A stretch of DNA of 64,000 nt, taken from assembly GCF_963921235.1 (NCBI RefSeq), contig NC_086097.1, positions 165,790,001 through 165,854,000 on the forward strand, given 5' to 3'. This DNA is from Mobula hypostoma. Lineage: Eukaryota. Both the position numbers and the translations under genes were made by a program. Of this stretch, positions 48,030 to 60,186 are shown piece by piece; positions within the stretch are counted from its first letter, which is position 1, and each line of letters begins with the position of its first letter. The notes under the pieces are model-generated. The model had not been told where the DNA came from. It was given only the letters and a program-made list of their open reading frames with translations, and did not search any database.

Positions 48030-48265
48030 TTTGAGATACAGCCGTGGAATCGGCTCTTCGAACTGTGCCACCTAGCAACCCTCGATTTAACTCTAGCTTG
48101 ATCACAGGACAATTTATAATGACCAATTAACCTACCAACCGGTATATCTTTGGTCTGTGCAGGAAACCAGAGCACCTGGAGGAAACCCATGCAGTCACGG
48201 GGAGAACATACAAGTTCCTTATGAACAGCGGTGGGAATTGAACCTGGGTTTCTGATGCTGTACCT
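48030..48265 (-). mobile_element. tRNA-derived V-SINE-like element
   Basis: Minus-strand B-box-like GGTTCAATTCCC followed by the core TGTATGTTCTCCCCGTGACTGCATGGGTTTCCTCCAGGTGCTCTGGTTTCCT. Confidence 0.7.
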
Positions 48266-51200
48266 CCAGGATGTCTTGTGGCAATTATGCAAGATCTTGG
48301 TGATAACACACAGAGAGCTATGTGCAGTTTTAGTCTCCTAATCAAAGGATATGATTGCCACATGACTGCAGTGAAGGTTGATCACACTGATTCCTAGTTT
48401 TACCAAAGAAGACTATGAGGTTTAAAAGCTGTAAATTGCTCAGTAGCTGCAGAGAAGACAAGATCCAGGAGATGCATTTCTCCTGTCTTGATGGGTGGAT
48501 TTCTAGATACAAAACACTCAAAAGGAGCAAAAGGCAAGATGCTGAAATATGCTATTGAGATGGATAATCTGATAATTGAATAATGGAGCAAGCTTGAGTG
48601 GCTAAATAACCTACTTTTCCTTTTTCATGTTTCTTGATGAAAATGGTGCTAGGGAATGGTATGGTCACTCATACCATATACTTCAGCGAAGATGAGGAAA
48701 GTAGCATAGGACAACTATTCAAAGTGATATTTGTCACTTAATCAGGATCTCTTTGGACATTTGATTTGACAAGCTGCTAGAGAGTTGGAAAACAAGTACA
48801 GGATTTAAAATGGCTTTGATAAATAAATTTGGTGACAGAAAGGGAATTTGAAACCAGATATTCTGAGTGCTGTGGATTTGAAATGAAAAAGATATCTGAA
48901 GAAGGGAATTATGATATTGGCGTGTGTGAAAAGGGGACGGTACACTGGGAGCTTATTAGTGTAGGTTGCATGATCATGCCTTTGTATGCGAAGAGACTGG
49001 AGAGAGAATGTAGGAGATAGAGGGAAATCTATCATGAGCTCTTTTTATTTTCTTGGGGAGAAGGTACAGCACTTGCCACGTGCATTGTTTCCCTGTTGCT
49101 AAGATAGTGAACTTGGTAGGAGTGAATTGAGAAATGTGTAAGGGGATAAGCTTAAGGAAACATTTGGTGGAGAAATGAGTCATGGATAATGAATGATCTT
49201 ATCACTGATAGAGTAAACTAAATCGCTATGGTTTACACAGATTGCCTCAACGGTTGGGATAGATGAGATGAGGGCTCACGGAGTCATGACTTTTGTACAA
49301 TATGCTCTTGGCAATTGACTCTATGGTTAGATGAGTACAAAATTAAAATTGACTACTGGATGGATTTATTACTTATACTAGGAAGTACACTAATTCAACT
49401 TTAGGTTATTGCTCAGTAATCAAATGTTTTATCTGCAAAATGAATATTATGTAAACTTAATAAAATTTGGTCACGTGATTTGTATTCAGTTAAGCATTTT
49501 TAATATTTATACACAGAGAAAGTAAATTATGCATAGACAGATTTCTTTCATGGTTTTAAATTCACCAAAGGTATCACAATCTGAAACTGTTGCTGAATAT
49601 TTGATTACCTAATTCAAGTCATTGAGTTCTTTAACATTGTATATGAATTACACAACATAAAATATATTAAAATCTTAACATAGATATATAATGTAGTTTT
49701 CTTTATGGACTTCACTAATCAAATTACTTAGAGTAATTATGAAGTGGTTATCTACAAATTTTTCCTATGGTATGAGTAACAATTAACTAAAAAAAAGGTC
49801 TCATTTTATCTTTGTGAAGCTTTATAGTGTTTCAGAAGGGCATCCCATTAAAACAAAATGGGCTGAAAGTGATATTTGAATGTATGCTGAATGGAGTTAT
49901 GACTGCCTCCAGTGTTAGCAAAAGTTGAAGCTTTTGGCATCAAAGTGTAATATTACTCTGATTAGTTTTGAGAAGAAAATTAAATTCAAATGCAGAATAC
50001 CATACAGGTTAAAAGAAATTGGACCTATGTAGTCACCATAATTAGTCCAATGCTAGATTGCCTTGTCTGTCACTAGTTTGTTGTAGAACAACATATCCTC
50101 TGTAAATAACATGAATTGGTAGCTGGGGTAGATTCTCCTCTCCCTCCAAATATACTGTACCATTTTTTAGTTAGTTTCTTGGGATTGAGGATAATTTGTG
50201 ATGCACTGCTCATTTTCCATAGGTTTGACTTTTGTATGCTCCCAGAACACAATTCGGGATTCTTAGTAACATCCCACTCCACTTTGAGTGAGCAGTCCTG
50301 GACCAGGAATTCCCATGAATTAGTCTCACTAATCTTGTACAGCTTGTCTTTGGATAGTGAACAGGTTTCGTTTTAACAGATGTCCATAACTTGATTTTTA
50401 TCTGTAAGTCTAAATATTCACTAGGTATTTCCACAGAATTCTGTTGATTGACATAAAAATCACACAAAACAAATTTTAAAGAAAAGAGCAATTACTAAAT
50501 AAAGCAGGGGCAACGGAGGGGAGAGAGGAAACAGTTCTATCATTCACTGGAATAATGGAGTTTGATCGTATATGGGAGGGGGAGCATCTTTAATTTGGGC
50601 ATTTGTACCCCAGCGGTGGCCTGTACTCATTTTTCAAGGATCTACCCACCTCTTTCTTTAAAAATTCATTTCACTTCCTTAAAGGATAATGAGAGGATAA
50701 CGAAAATCACCTCATCTCGTTTAAAGTAGAATCCCTTATTTTTAAATAGTGACTCCCAAATTTGAGATTCTACCATAAGAAGAAACATACTCTTCACGTT
50801 AATTCTGTCAAGGGTTCTTTTCCCTTTTGTAAATGTTAGTTTTTATAAACTTGCCATGTCCTAGTGTTTATAAACTTGCCATGTCCTACTTCTCCTCAGA
50901 AGTGCAACCTACCCATTCCAGATATTAGTTTGAATTAGTTTGAAACCTGCTTGAATTGCTTTCAATGTATTGACAACCTTAGATTAGGACATCACTAATG
51001 TACACCAGAAGTTATCTTGTCGCCGAAATTGAAGCACATCCTTTGCATTCAATTCCCTTACCAATAAGTGCTAGGTGTAGTAACTTCCCTAATTATTTGC
51101 TGTACTTACACATTACAGTTTTACATTTCCTACATTGTACTGTTTGTTTGGCAGATTTTTGCTGAATCACTTATCTATTTCACTTTATAAGTCATCTTCA

Positions 51201-52003
51201 TATCTTTTTTTAAACTGATCTTTGTACAATTATTTAGCAATTTAGCAACTATGCCTTCAGTGCCTTCATCCAAGTTATGTATATAAAATTTATGTAAAAA
51301 ATTTAAAGATATTAGTATCTTATCAAACAAAAAAAGAAACATTTGATTTTACTGTTTTCTGTTTACCAGGCAATGTTACGTCTAATTTCTATTTCTCAAC
51401 TGTTGTTGATGAGGCATCAAATACCTTTGAGAAATTGGCATCCCTGTGTCTACAGCACCTGATTTACTACAAAAATATTCTAATAAATTGTTTGAATCAC
51501 TTCAACAAAATCATGATGAATTTATCTTAAGTTTACTTTGAATTTTCCAGGTGTCATCATGACTTTCGTTGCTGCTAATGTTTTCTCTTTAACAAAGCTG
51601 GTTTACATTGTCTCTGTCTTATTGAATGAAGGAACTGCATTTACTATTTTCTTAGGAAATGGAAAGGGCTTCAAATGTAGGTAATTTTGGAAAACTGAAA
51701 CTCATAAGGACCTAGGAAGTTGTCAGTCCCCAGTTTCCAACAGCTCAGTCCTTGACCAATTTTTCTGGGTTGTTTCCTCCCTTCCAGTTCTGTCCTTGAA
51801 TGATCGGTGTGTAAATTTATTTTTGTGCTCATCATGCTGTGTCACAGTGCAATATCATACACCATCTGATTCAGATATATTTTGTACACATTTGTGGCTG
51901 TGACAATATCTGAGTAAAATCTACATGCATCTCCTTTTTGGTGTCTGCTTAATATTGCTGGCCTTCTGCTTTCTACTCTTGTTAATGTGGCAGTCAATTT
52001 GTA

Positions 52004-52319
52004 GACAGCAACATCATTAGGGAAGATCAGTGTATTTACAGGTAGCTGTCGATGGATAGTTCCATCTGCTACTCCTGAAACAATGTGTGCAAGTTGCAGT
52101 GTTTTTATTCTTAATTTGTTAAGCAACAGAAGTTGGACTCACTCAGCCTAAGATTTTCTCTGACAGCAACATCGTTGGGGAAGATCAGTGTATTTACTGG
52201 TAGCTGTCGATGGATAGTTCCATCTGCTGCTTCTGAAACAATGTGTGCAAGTTGCAGTGTTTTTATTCTTAATTTGTTAAGCAACAGAAGTTGGACTCAC
52301 TCAGCCTGAGAATTTCTCT
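52004..52319. repeat. 158-bp tandem duplication (2 copies)
   Basis: Units 52004-52161 and 52162-52319 align without gaps and differ by a handful of substitutions. Confidence 0.92.
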
Positions 52320-52421
52320 GGCAGTATTTTTTTCACTCTCCCAAGGAATATTCACAAATAAAAGATCAATTGTCTGGTTTAGCCTGTTGAGAGTTTTAAG
52401 AGAATAGGGGCACGGTTTCTT

Positions 52422-52604
52422 CACAAACGAGAAATTCTGCAGATGCTGGAGGAACTCAGCAGGCCAGGCAGCATCTATTGGAAAGAGTACAGTCCACATT
52501 TCGGGCTGAGACCCTTCAGCAGGTGGATCTCGGCCCGAAACGGAGACTGTACTCCTTCCAATAGATGCTGCCTGGCCTGCTGAGTTCCTCCAGCATTTGT
52601 GTGT
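52422..52604. mobile_element. Miniature fold-back Penelope-like insertion
   Basis: Inverted arms at 52443-52511 and 52528-52596 consist of the PLE terminal sequence with hammerhead parts. TSD GGGGCACGGTTTCTT (52407-21) and GGGGCACGTTTCCTT (52605-19). Confidence 0.8.
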
Positions 52605-53486
52605 GGGGCACGTTTCCTTAGCTATATTGTGGAATTGGCAAGACTTAACCTCTTAACTCGACCTTTACAACTTGTAATTGAATTGCATTTTGGGGTTTGT
52701 AATGGTTTTTCTTTTTTTTTGGAAATGAGCTAAAGATACTATCATATGGATTGATTGGCCTTGCAGTGTTTATTCACTGTTGTATATTTTCTGCAAAGCA
52801 TGGAATAGGAAGGTGCTGCTATCAGTACCCTCTATGTCCCAAAATTTCCAATGCTCCCATATTCCCTATAGTTTTCTCGGTGCCTGCTGTGCCCTGATGC
52901 ATTTGTCTTACCCAGTATGTTACTGTGAGTTAATTTGATCTGATTTTCTGTCACATGGTGATTCCAGCTCCCTGCTGATGTTAAGCAGTGTGTGTTTAAC
53001 CCAGTTTGACGAGATGAAAATTCAACATTCAGAATCTTGCTGTGCATTATTCACCACATGAAGGTTGATGCCTAGTTTCAAATGCTAGTAGCTTTTTTAA
53101 AAAAATACATGCTCTTTCTTTTGATGTGCCTTAAAATGCTGCCCTGACAGGCAAAAGCAGTAATTGTGTTCCTGGATGTTTTAAGGTTGCTTGGGGAGTC
53201 ATTACATAAGTATTCCATATGTACTTATATGCACAGCAGATTATGTTTAGTTTATTTCATCAATTTAGTTCTGGTATTTTTCTCAATAAACTAATGTTAA
53301 TGTAACCCCAGGTTAAAATGCTATATGTGCTGGCATGAAAATATTTCCAGTAATTGGTTTTAATGTGATAGAATACATCAGATTTATTACCAGAATGTTA
53401 GTGACAAAGAAGTTACTGGAGATTTAAAAAAACAGAAAATATGGGAAGCACCCAGTATTCAGCATGCAGTTCACTGTTCAAGGTTA

Positions 53487-53625
53487 GTGCTGTGATGAAG
53501 GGTGTTGGGCCAAAATGTTGACTATTTATTCATTTCCTTAGATGCTGCCTGACCTGCTGAGTTCCTGCAGCATTTTTGTGTGTTGCTGTGGATTTCCAAT
53601 ATCTGCAGGATCTCGTGCTTATGGA
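53487..53625 (+). mobile_element. Short PLE 3'-end insertion (decayed hammerhead plus tail)
   Basis: GTGATGAAGGGTGTTGGGCCAAAATGTTGACT...GATGCTGCCTGACCTGCTGAGTTCC...TCTGCAG, flanked by TCAAGGTT on both sides. Confidence 0.6.
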
Positions 53626-53769
53626 TCAAGGTTGTAAAGTCTTTGAAATTCTGAGAAATAGTTGTCAACTGTTGACTAGTACTCTTTGTACCTGCTGAGT
53701 GTTTCCAGCATTTCCTGTTTTTAAAATCTCAAGAGCAACTGATGTTTTTGATGCCATTTACTGATTTTC

Positions 53770-55180
53770 ACATCCTTGCAAGCGGAACAAGTGCCAGACC
53801 TGTCCCTTCACTTCCTCCCTCACTACTACTCAGGGCCCCGAACAGTCCTTCCAGGTGAGGCGACACTTCACCTGTGAGTCTGTTGGGATCACCGATTGCA
53901 GTGATTCTCAACCGTTTTTTGGCTACGGCGTCCTTAGGAGCTGTTCTCAGGTTCCAGGACCCCCCTTTCAAACAGGGATACAACATGAAGCAGATAAACA
54001 GGAAATCATTTATTATTGAACACCAAGAAAACTTGAACATTCTGACATACTGGACAAAACTTAAAAAAAGACTGTGAAATTAAACATCTATCAGGCCTAA
54101 TGTGATCCTTGAGCTTGGTGCTTTTCTGCAAGTTTCATGATATTGGGCTCCAAATTAGACAATGACAGTCGGATGTCACCTCGTGTTGCGATATCAATTC
54201 TGTTCCTGGATCTTGTCAAGGAAACTACCTTTGCAGAATCCTCTCTCAACCAAATATGTTGAGAGAAAGGCAATAAAAAAAATCTTTGGGCTTTTTCCCA
54301 CAGTGCTGTAAACTTATTTGGCAGATCACTCTTGATCCAAAAATCTTTTTAAAACTGACTGAACTGACAACATGCTGTTATATCACTCTGAAGATCAATC
54401 AAACTCTCTTGAATTTCTGCCTCAACTTGGGTGGGTTGTACTTCATTATACAGATATTATAAATAGGAGGGAAACTGTTGATTCCAATGAAGGTTGCTGC
54501 TTGGGTATTTCATCGGTTCAGTTACCAGGGCGCCCATAAACCCTTGGGGCTCTCCTTCTCACTGTTTTCAGTCGGAGGCCCCCTTCAAATGTGCCAGGGC
54601 CCCCAAGGAGGCCATTTGCCTCTGTTGAGAATGGCTGATCTATTGTATCCGGTGCTCCTGGTGTGGCCTCCTGTAGATCAGTGAGACCCAGTGTAGACTG
54701 GGAGACAGCTTTGCCAAGTACCTACACTCCATCGTCCAGAAAAAGAGGGATCTCCTGGTTGCCGCCCATTTCAATTCTACTTCCCATTCCCATTCCCACA
54801 TGTCAGTCCATGGCCTCCTCTACTGCTGCAATGAAGTCACACTTGGGTTGGAGGAATAACACCTTGTATTCCATCTGGGTAGTCTCCAACCTAAAGGCAT
54901 AACATCAATTTCTCGAAATTCCAGTAATTGCCCACCCTCACCCTCACCATTCTCCATTCCTGTTTCCCTTTCACCTTGTCCCTTTACCTGCCCGTCACCT
55001 CCCTCTGGTGCTCCTCCCCCTTCCATGGCCTTCTGACCTTTTCTGTCAGATTCTCCCTTTTCCAGCTCTACTCTCTTTCACCAATCAAATTCCCAGCTCT
55101 TAACTTCACCACTTCCCCTCTCCTGGTTTCACCTATCACCTATTACTTTGTACTTCCTCTCCTTCCCCCAACCTTCTTAT
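53770..55180 (+). mobile_element. PLE GIY-YIG and pLTR relic split by a hAT MITE
   Basis: PCKRNKCQTCPFTSSLTTTQGPEQSFQVRRHFTCES at 53773-53890 resumes as IYCIRCSWCGLL..SETQ.RLGD from 54638. Confidence 0.8.
53899..54637. mobile_element. hAT-Charlie-type MITE
   Basis: TIRs CAGTGATTCTCAAC / GTTGAGAATGGCTG. Decayed 8-bp TSD ACCGATTG (53891-98) and ATCTATTG (54638-45). Confidence 0.75.
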
Positions 55181-55184
55181 CATG

Positions 55185-56295
55185 AGATACAGATGCTAGA
55201 AATCTGGAACAACACACACAGAAAGTGCTTGAGGGAGTCAGGCAACATTTGGGGATAGGAATAAAATAAATGACCTTTTCGGTCAAGACCCTTCATCAGG
55301 ACTGGAAAGGAAGGGAGCAGTAACCAGTATAAGAAGCTGGTAGGAGAGTGAGCTGGCAGGTGATAGTTAAGAACACGTGGTGGGTATGCAGAAAGAAGCT
55401 TGAAGAGGATAGGTGGATGAGGTAAAGAGCTGAAAAAGGAATCTAGTAAAGGAGAAGGGAACCAGAGGAGGTGATGGCATGTGAGGAGAAGGGATGAGAA
55501 GGTAACCAGAATGGGGAAAGGGAGAGGGGAGAAATTACTGGAAGATGAGGTAATTGATGTTTATGCCATCAGGTTGGAGGCTACCCAGATGGAATATGAG
55601 ATGTTGGTTCTCCAACCTGAGTTTGGCCTCATCATAGCAGTTGAGGCGGCCAAGGACAGACATATGGGAAGCTGATTTGAAATCAATGGCCACCAGGCAG
55701 TCCTGCAGACAGAACAAAGGTGCTCGACAAAGCTGTACCTCATTCTGTTTTAAGCCTTACTGATGTAGAGGAGGCCACATGGGATGCAATAGATGACCCC
55801 GGCAAACTTGCAGGTGAAATGTTGTCTCACCTGGAAGGACTCTTTGGGGCCTGGGATGGTGGTGAAGGAGGAAGTGTAGGGACAGGTGTCATACTAATAG
55901 GGATAAATGCTAGGGAGGCGATCAGTGAGGAGGGAAAAAGGGAAGAGAGTCAAATAGTGAATGATCCCTGTGGAAAGCGGAGGCAAAACGTGCTTAGTGC
56001 TGGGATACCTTTGGAGATGGTGGAAATTACAGAGAATGATATGCTGGATACAGAGACTTGCGGGGCGAGGCCAAGGGGAACTCTATAATTGTTATGACAG
56101 TAGGAGGATGGAGTGAGGGCAGATATGCAGGAAATGGAGATGATGCAGGTGAGGGCAGCATTGATGGTGATGGAAGAGAAACCCCATTCGTTTGGGGGTG
56201 GGGAAGAACATCTCAGGTGTTCTAAAATGGAAAGCCTCATCCTGAAAACAGGTGTGGTGGAGGTGGAGGAACTGAGATAATGGAATAGCATTTTA
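55185..56295 (-). mobile_element. Old PLE relic (tail, hammerhead, GIY-YIG, part of thumb)
   Basis: EAKLRLENQHLIFHLGSLQPDGININ. Hammerhead-like AGTCCTGATGAAGGGTCTTGACCGAAAAGGTCA on the minus strand at about 55271-55303. Confidence 0.75.
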
Positions 56296-57310
56296 ACAAG
56301 AGAGAGGGTGGGAAGTGGTATGTCAAATACTGATGGGCATTGGTTTAACGTGAAAGGGGGAAAGTTTAAAGGAGGTTTGCAGGACAAGATTTTAGAGTGA
56401 TGGGTGTCTGGAATGCAGTGCCAGAGGAGGTGGTGGAAGTAGATACGATGGGAACATTTTAAGAGGCATTTAGACAGGCACGTGAACAGGCAAGGATTGG
56501 AGGGATGGTATAGTATGTTCATGTAGTTTAAATTTGGATTATGGTTAGACAGACTTGTAGCTGAATCTCATGTTTCTTTGCTGTTATTTCTTCAAAGGAG
56601 TTTTAGTTTGCTAAATTTAGGGATAAAATTAATTGTCAATGTGGGCTGTGCAGAGGACGTCAGGAGACTTGTGGAGATAAGGAGATGAATATAAAACCAA
56701 AGTATTTTGTTTTAAATAGTAAGAGATTCAATGGTGCAGCTGGTAGAACTGTTACTTCACAGATCCAGTGACCAGAATTCAAATCTAATTTCTGATGTCT
56801 TTTTGGAGATTGCATTCTTTCTCTATGAACTCTTCCCCCAGAAACATCAGATTCTTCCTACGTTTCAAAGGTTTGTGGATTGGTAGGTTAATTGGCCCAA
56901 TTGTATAGGTGAGTAGTAAGAATTTGGGATGAGTTGATGGGAATGAGAGGAGAATAAAAAATGGAATTAATTTAAATTGCTGGTTTGGCACAAATATATT
57001 TGGCCCAAGAGCCTGTTTCTGAGCTGGATGATTGACAATTGTTAGCGTTTGGTGGGACCAAGATGCCCTGGTATATGCATCACTGAAAGTTTACATGCAG
57101 GTTGGTAAGCAGTTGGAAAGATGATATATTGGCCTTTATTACAGAATGATTCAAACACAAGCGTAGAGTTGTGTATTGCTTTAATTATGTAGGGACTGCT
57201 CCTGGAATGTTATGCTGAGGTCTGGCTTCCCACCTAGCGAAGAAGCCAGTTACGTTTACCTGATTAGTTTATGACTTAGAAGTTTATGATGAAGGATAGA
57301 TTAGGGAATC

Positions 57311-58332
57311 ACAAAATTCTGGAGGAACTCAGCAGGTCAGGCAGCATCAATGAAAAGGAATAAACAGTCAATGTTTCGGGCCAAGACCCTTCCTCAAGAA
57401 GGAAAGGAAGGGGGAAGAAGTCAGAATAAGGAGGTGGGGGGGGGAAGGGTGAAGAATGCAAGCTAAAGGTGATTGGTGAAGCCAGGTGGGGTGGGGGAGG
57501 GGAATTAAGTAAGAAAATGGGAGGTGATAGATGGAAAAAGTAAAGGGCTGAGGAAGTAATCTGATAGAAGAGGACAGTGGACCATGGGAGAAAGGGAAGG
57601 ATGAGGGCTCCCATGGGGAGGTTACAGGCAGATGAGAAGAGTAAGAGTGCAGCCATTGTGGGGAATGAAGCAGAGGAAAGGCAGAAGGGGAGAAATTACC
57701 TTTGCTCCATCTGCAACAAGCAGGATTTCCTGGTGGCCAAATATTTAAATTCTGATTCCCATTTTCATTCAGACTTGTTGGTCCATGGCCTTCTCTATGG
57801 CCATAATTAATGAGGCCTCTCTCCTGTGGAGGAGCAACAGCTTGTATTCCGTATGGGTAGCCTCCAACCTGATGGCATGAGCATCGATTTCTCTAACTTC
57901 TAGTACTTTTTCCCCCTCTGCCGTCCCTCTTCATCCATTACCCACTCTAGCTCCACTCTTATCACTTCTCCTCACCTGCCTATCACCTTCCCATGGGATC
58001 CTCCTTCCCTTTCTCCCATAGTCCACTCACCTTTCCTATCAGATTCCTTCTTAAGCCCTTTACCTTTTCCACTTATTATCTCCCAGCTTCTCACTTCACC
58101 CCCCTCCCCCCCCTTCCCCTATGCACTTAGCTTCACCTGTTACTTTCTAGCTTGTACTCTTTCACCTCCTCCCACCACCTTCTGGCTTTTTCTCCTTCCC
58201 TGACCTGATGAAGGGTCTCGGCCCAAAATGTCGACTGTTTGTTCCTTTCCATAGATACAGCCTGACCTGCTGAGTTACTCAGCATTTTGTAAATGTTACT
58301 CTGAATTTCCAGCATCTGCAGAATCTCTTGTT
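57311..58332 (+). mobile_element. PLE 3' fragment with an inverted 5' copy of the pLTR, inserted in a CR1 relic
   Basis: 57311 to about 57700 is the pLTR in minus orientation. About 57700-58332 is the GIY-YIG end (EEQQLVFRMGSLQPDGMSIDFSNF), pLTR, hammerhead (58204-58236) and tail. TSD TAGATTAGGGAATC (57297-57310) and TAGATTAGGCAGTC (58333-58346). Confidence 0.85.
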
Positions 58333-59429
58333 TAGATTAGGCAGTCTTTTTAGTATAGTTTTAGAAGGATGAGAGATGATCTCATTGAAAATTCTTAAGT
58401 TTGATAGAGAAGATGTCTGGTTTGATTCTCCCTGGCTGAGGGTCACATTCTCAAGATAAGGTCTCAGCCATTCAGGACTGGTGAGAATAACGAATAGAAT
58501 AGTGATTCTTTGGAATTCCTTATCCATCAGGGCTGTGGAAGCCAAGTATATACAAGGTGGACTTTGATACATTTTTAGATAATGATGTGATAGAATTAAG
58601 GGAGTATGGCTACTGCCGAAAAGTTGTATCTTTCTGTATAATCATCATTGATATTTATTGGCAGAGCAAGCATGATGGGCTGAATGTTCTGCTTTAATTT
58701 ATTTTTATAAACCTTAATCTATAAACATCTTAAGAGAAAGAAGACCCAATAGACTCATTGTAACTGAAGGTGGAATATGTAAGAACTCTGAATATTTTGT
58801 ATCTGCCTTCACAGGAGGAGGAGTAGTAATGTAGGTCTGGGATTGCATCTAAATAAAATGTATCCTAACCTCTTAAAAGAAATGATAAAGGGTTTGGCTA
58901 TTAGAAAGTGCCATTTTCCCCAAAAAATTAAAAGTTAACCCAAAACTGATGGAATTTATGCCAGGGTAGGGGGTAGAGGTGGGAGAAATGCCAAAATTGG
59001 ACAAAAGTAACAAGCAGATCATTGGCCTGGTTGGGTGAGTGGGTGAGTGGGAGAAGGGTGTCATAGAGAAGTGAGTTCATGCATTTTGAGAAGAGCGAAA
59101 AAGGTAAGCAGTTATGGCAATTGTAGGCTGTTGAGAATTTTTTTGGGGTCATGCTCACTTTTAGGAGGAGAAGCATACTTGCTTCCTCCTAGCTGAAGTA
59201 TAGAAAACGAGAGCATTATGATCATGGTAGAATGATATAAAATCCTCTTTATGCCACTTCATGGATACAGTGTTAAGTTCTGCTCACCACTAGAGGAAGG
59301 TTCAAGATAGTTTAATGTCATTTCTAGTACACAGCTGTAAAGGAGGAGAAATAATTTTAACTCTGGATCTGATGAAGCTCAAAATAAACACAAGATGAAG
59401 AACACAATAATAAAAAAAACAATAAACAT

Positions 59430-59950
59430 GTAAGACCATAAGATAAAGGAGCAGAATTACGCCATTTGGCCCATCAGGTCTACTCCTCTATTTCCTCATT
59501 GCTGGATCATTTTTCTTCTCAGCCCTAAACTTCTTCTGCCTTCTCCCCATACCCCTTCATGCCCATGACAAATCAAGAATCTAGTAACCTTTGCCTTAAA
59601 TATACATAAAGACCTGGCCTCCACAGCTACCTGTGACAAAGAATTCCACAGATTCACCATTGTCTAGCTAAAGAAATACCTCCTCATCTCCGTACTTAAA
59701 GGACGTCCCGCTATTCTAAGTCTCTGGTCTGAGACTTTCCCACCATAGAAAACATCCTCTCTACATGGACAAAATCGAAGCCTTTCACCATTCAATCAGT
59801 TTCAATGAGGTTGCCCCTCAATCTTCTGAATTCCAGTGAGTACAGGCCCAAAGCCATCAAATATTCTTCATATGCAAGCCATTCATTCCTGGAATCATTT
59901 TTGTGAGCCTCCTTTGAACCCTCTCAATTTCAGCACATCCTTTCTATGAT
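59430..59950 (-). mobile_element. CR1 LINE 3' fragment
   Basis: TAAGACCATAAGA tail. GAATTCCACAGATTCACC and GTTTCAATGAGG..CCCTC blocks are the reverse complement of VNLWNS and GNLIET. Confidence 0.75.
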
Positions 59951-60186
59951 AAGTTTATAAAAGAACTGCAGCTGGGTGCACTTCATACAGATGTAGTTAT
60001 TAGAGAAACTGGTGGATTCCAGAGTACTCTCATCTCTCTCAAAGAACATTCCAGTGACCCTACACTCATTCTCACTGCATTAGCTATGTACTAATAGACA
60101 AAGAAAAATAAAAACACACTAGAAATCTTTCTTGAGCCTTTGCCACTTCTCTTGTAAGCCCTTGAGGTCAAAGCCAGACCACTCGA

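Noticed and set aside
56730..57030. tRNA gene
   Set aside because: It is a degraded tRNA-derived SINE head (similar relic at about 61500-61585), with no intact cloverleaf.
59975..60010. Possible VAPA exon 2 (ACAGATGTAGTT resembles TDVV)
   Set aside because: The flanking codons do not give GPFTDVVTTNLKL...VCFKVKTT and there is no suitable acceptor. I did not find exon 2 in the window.
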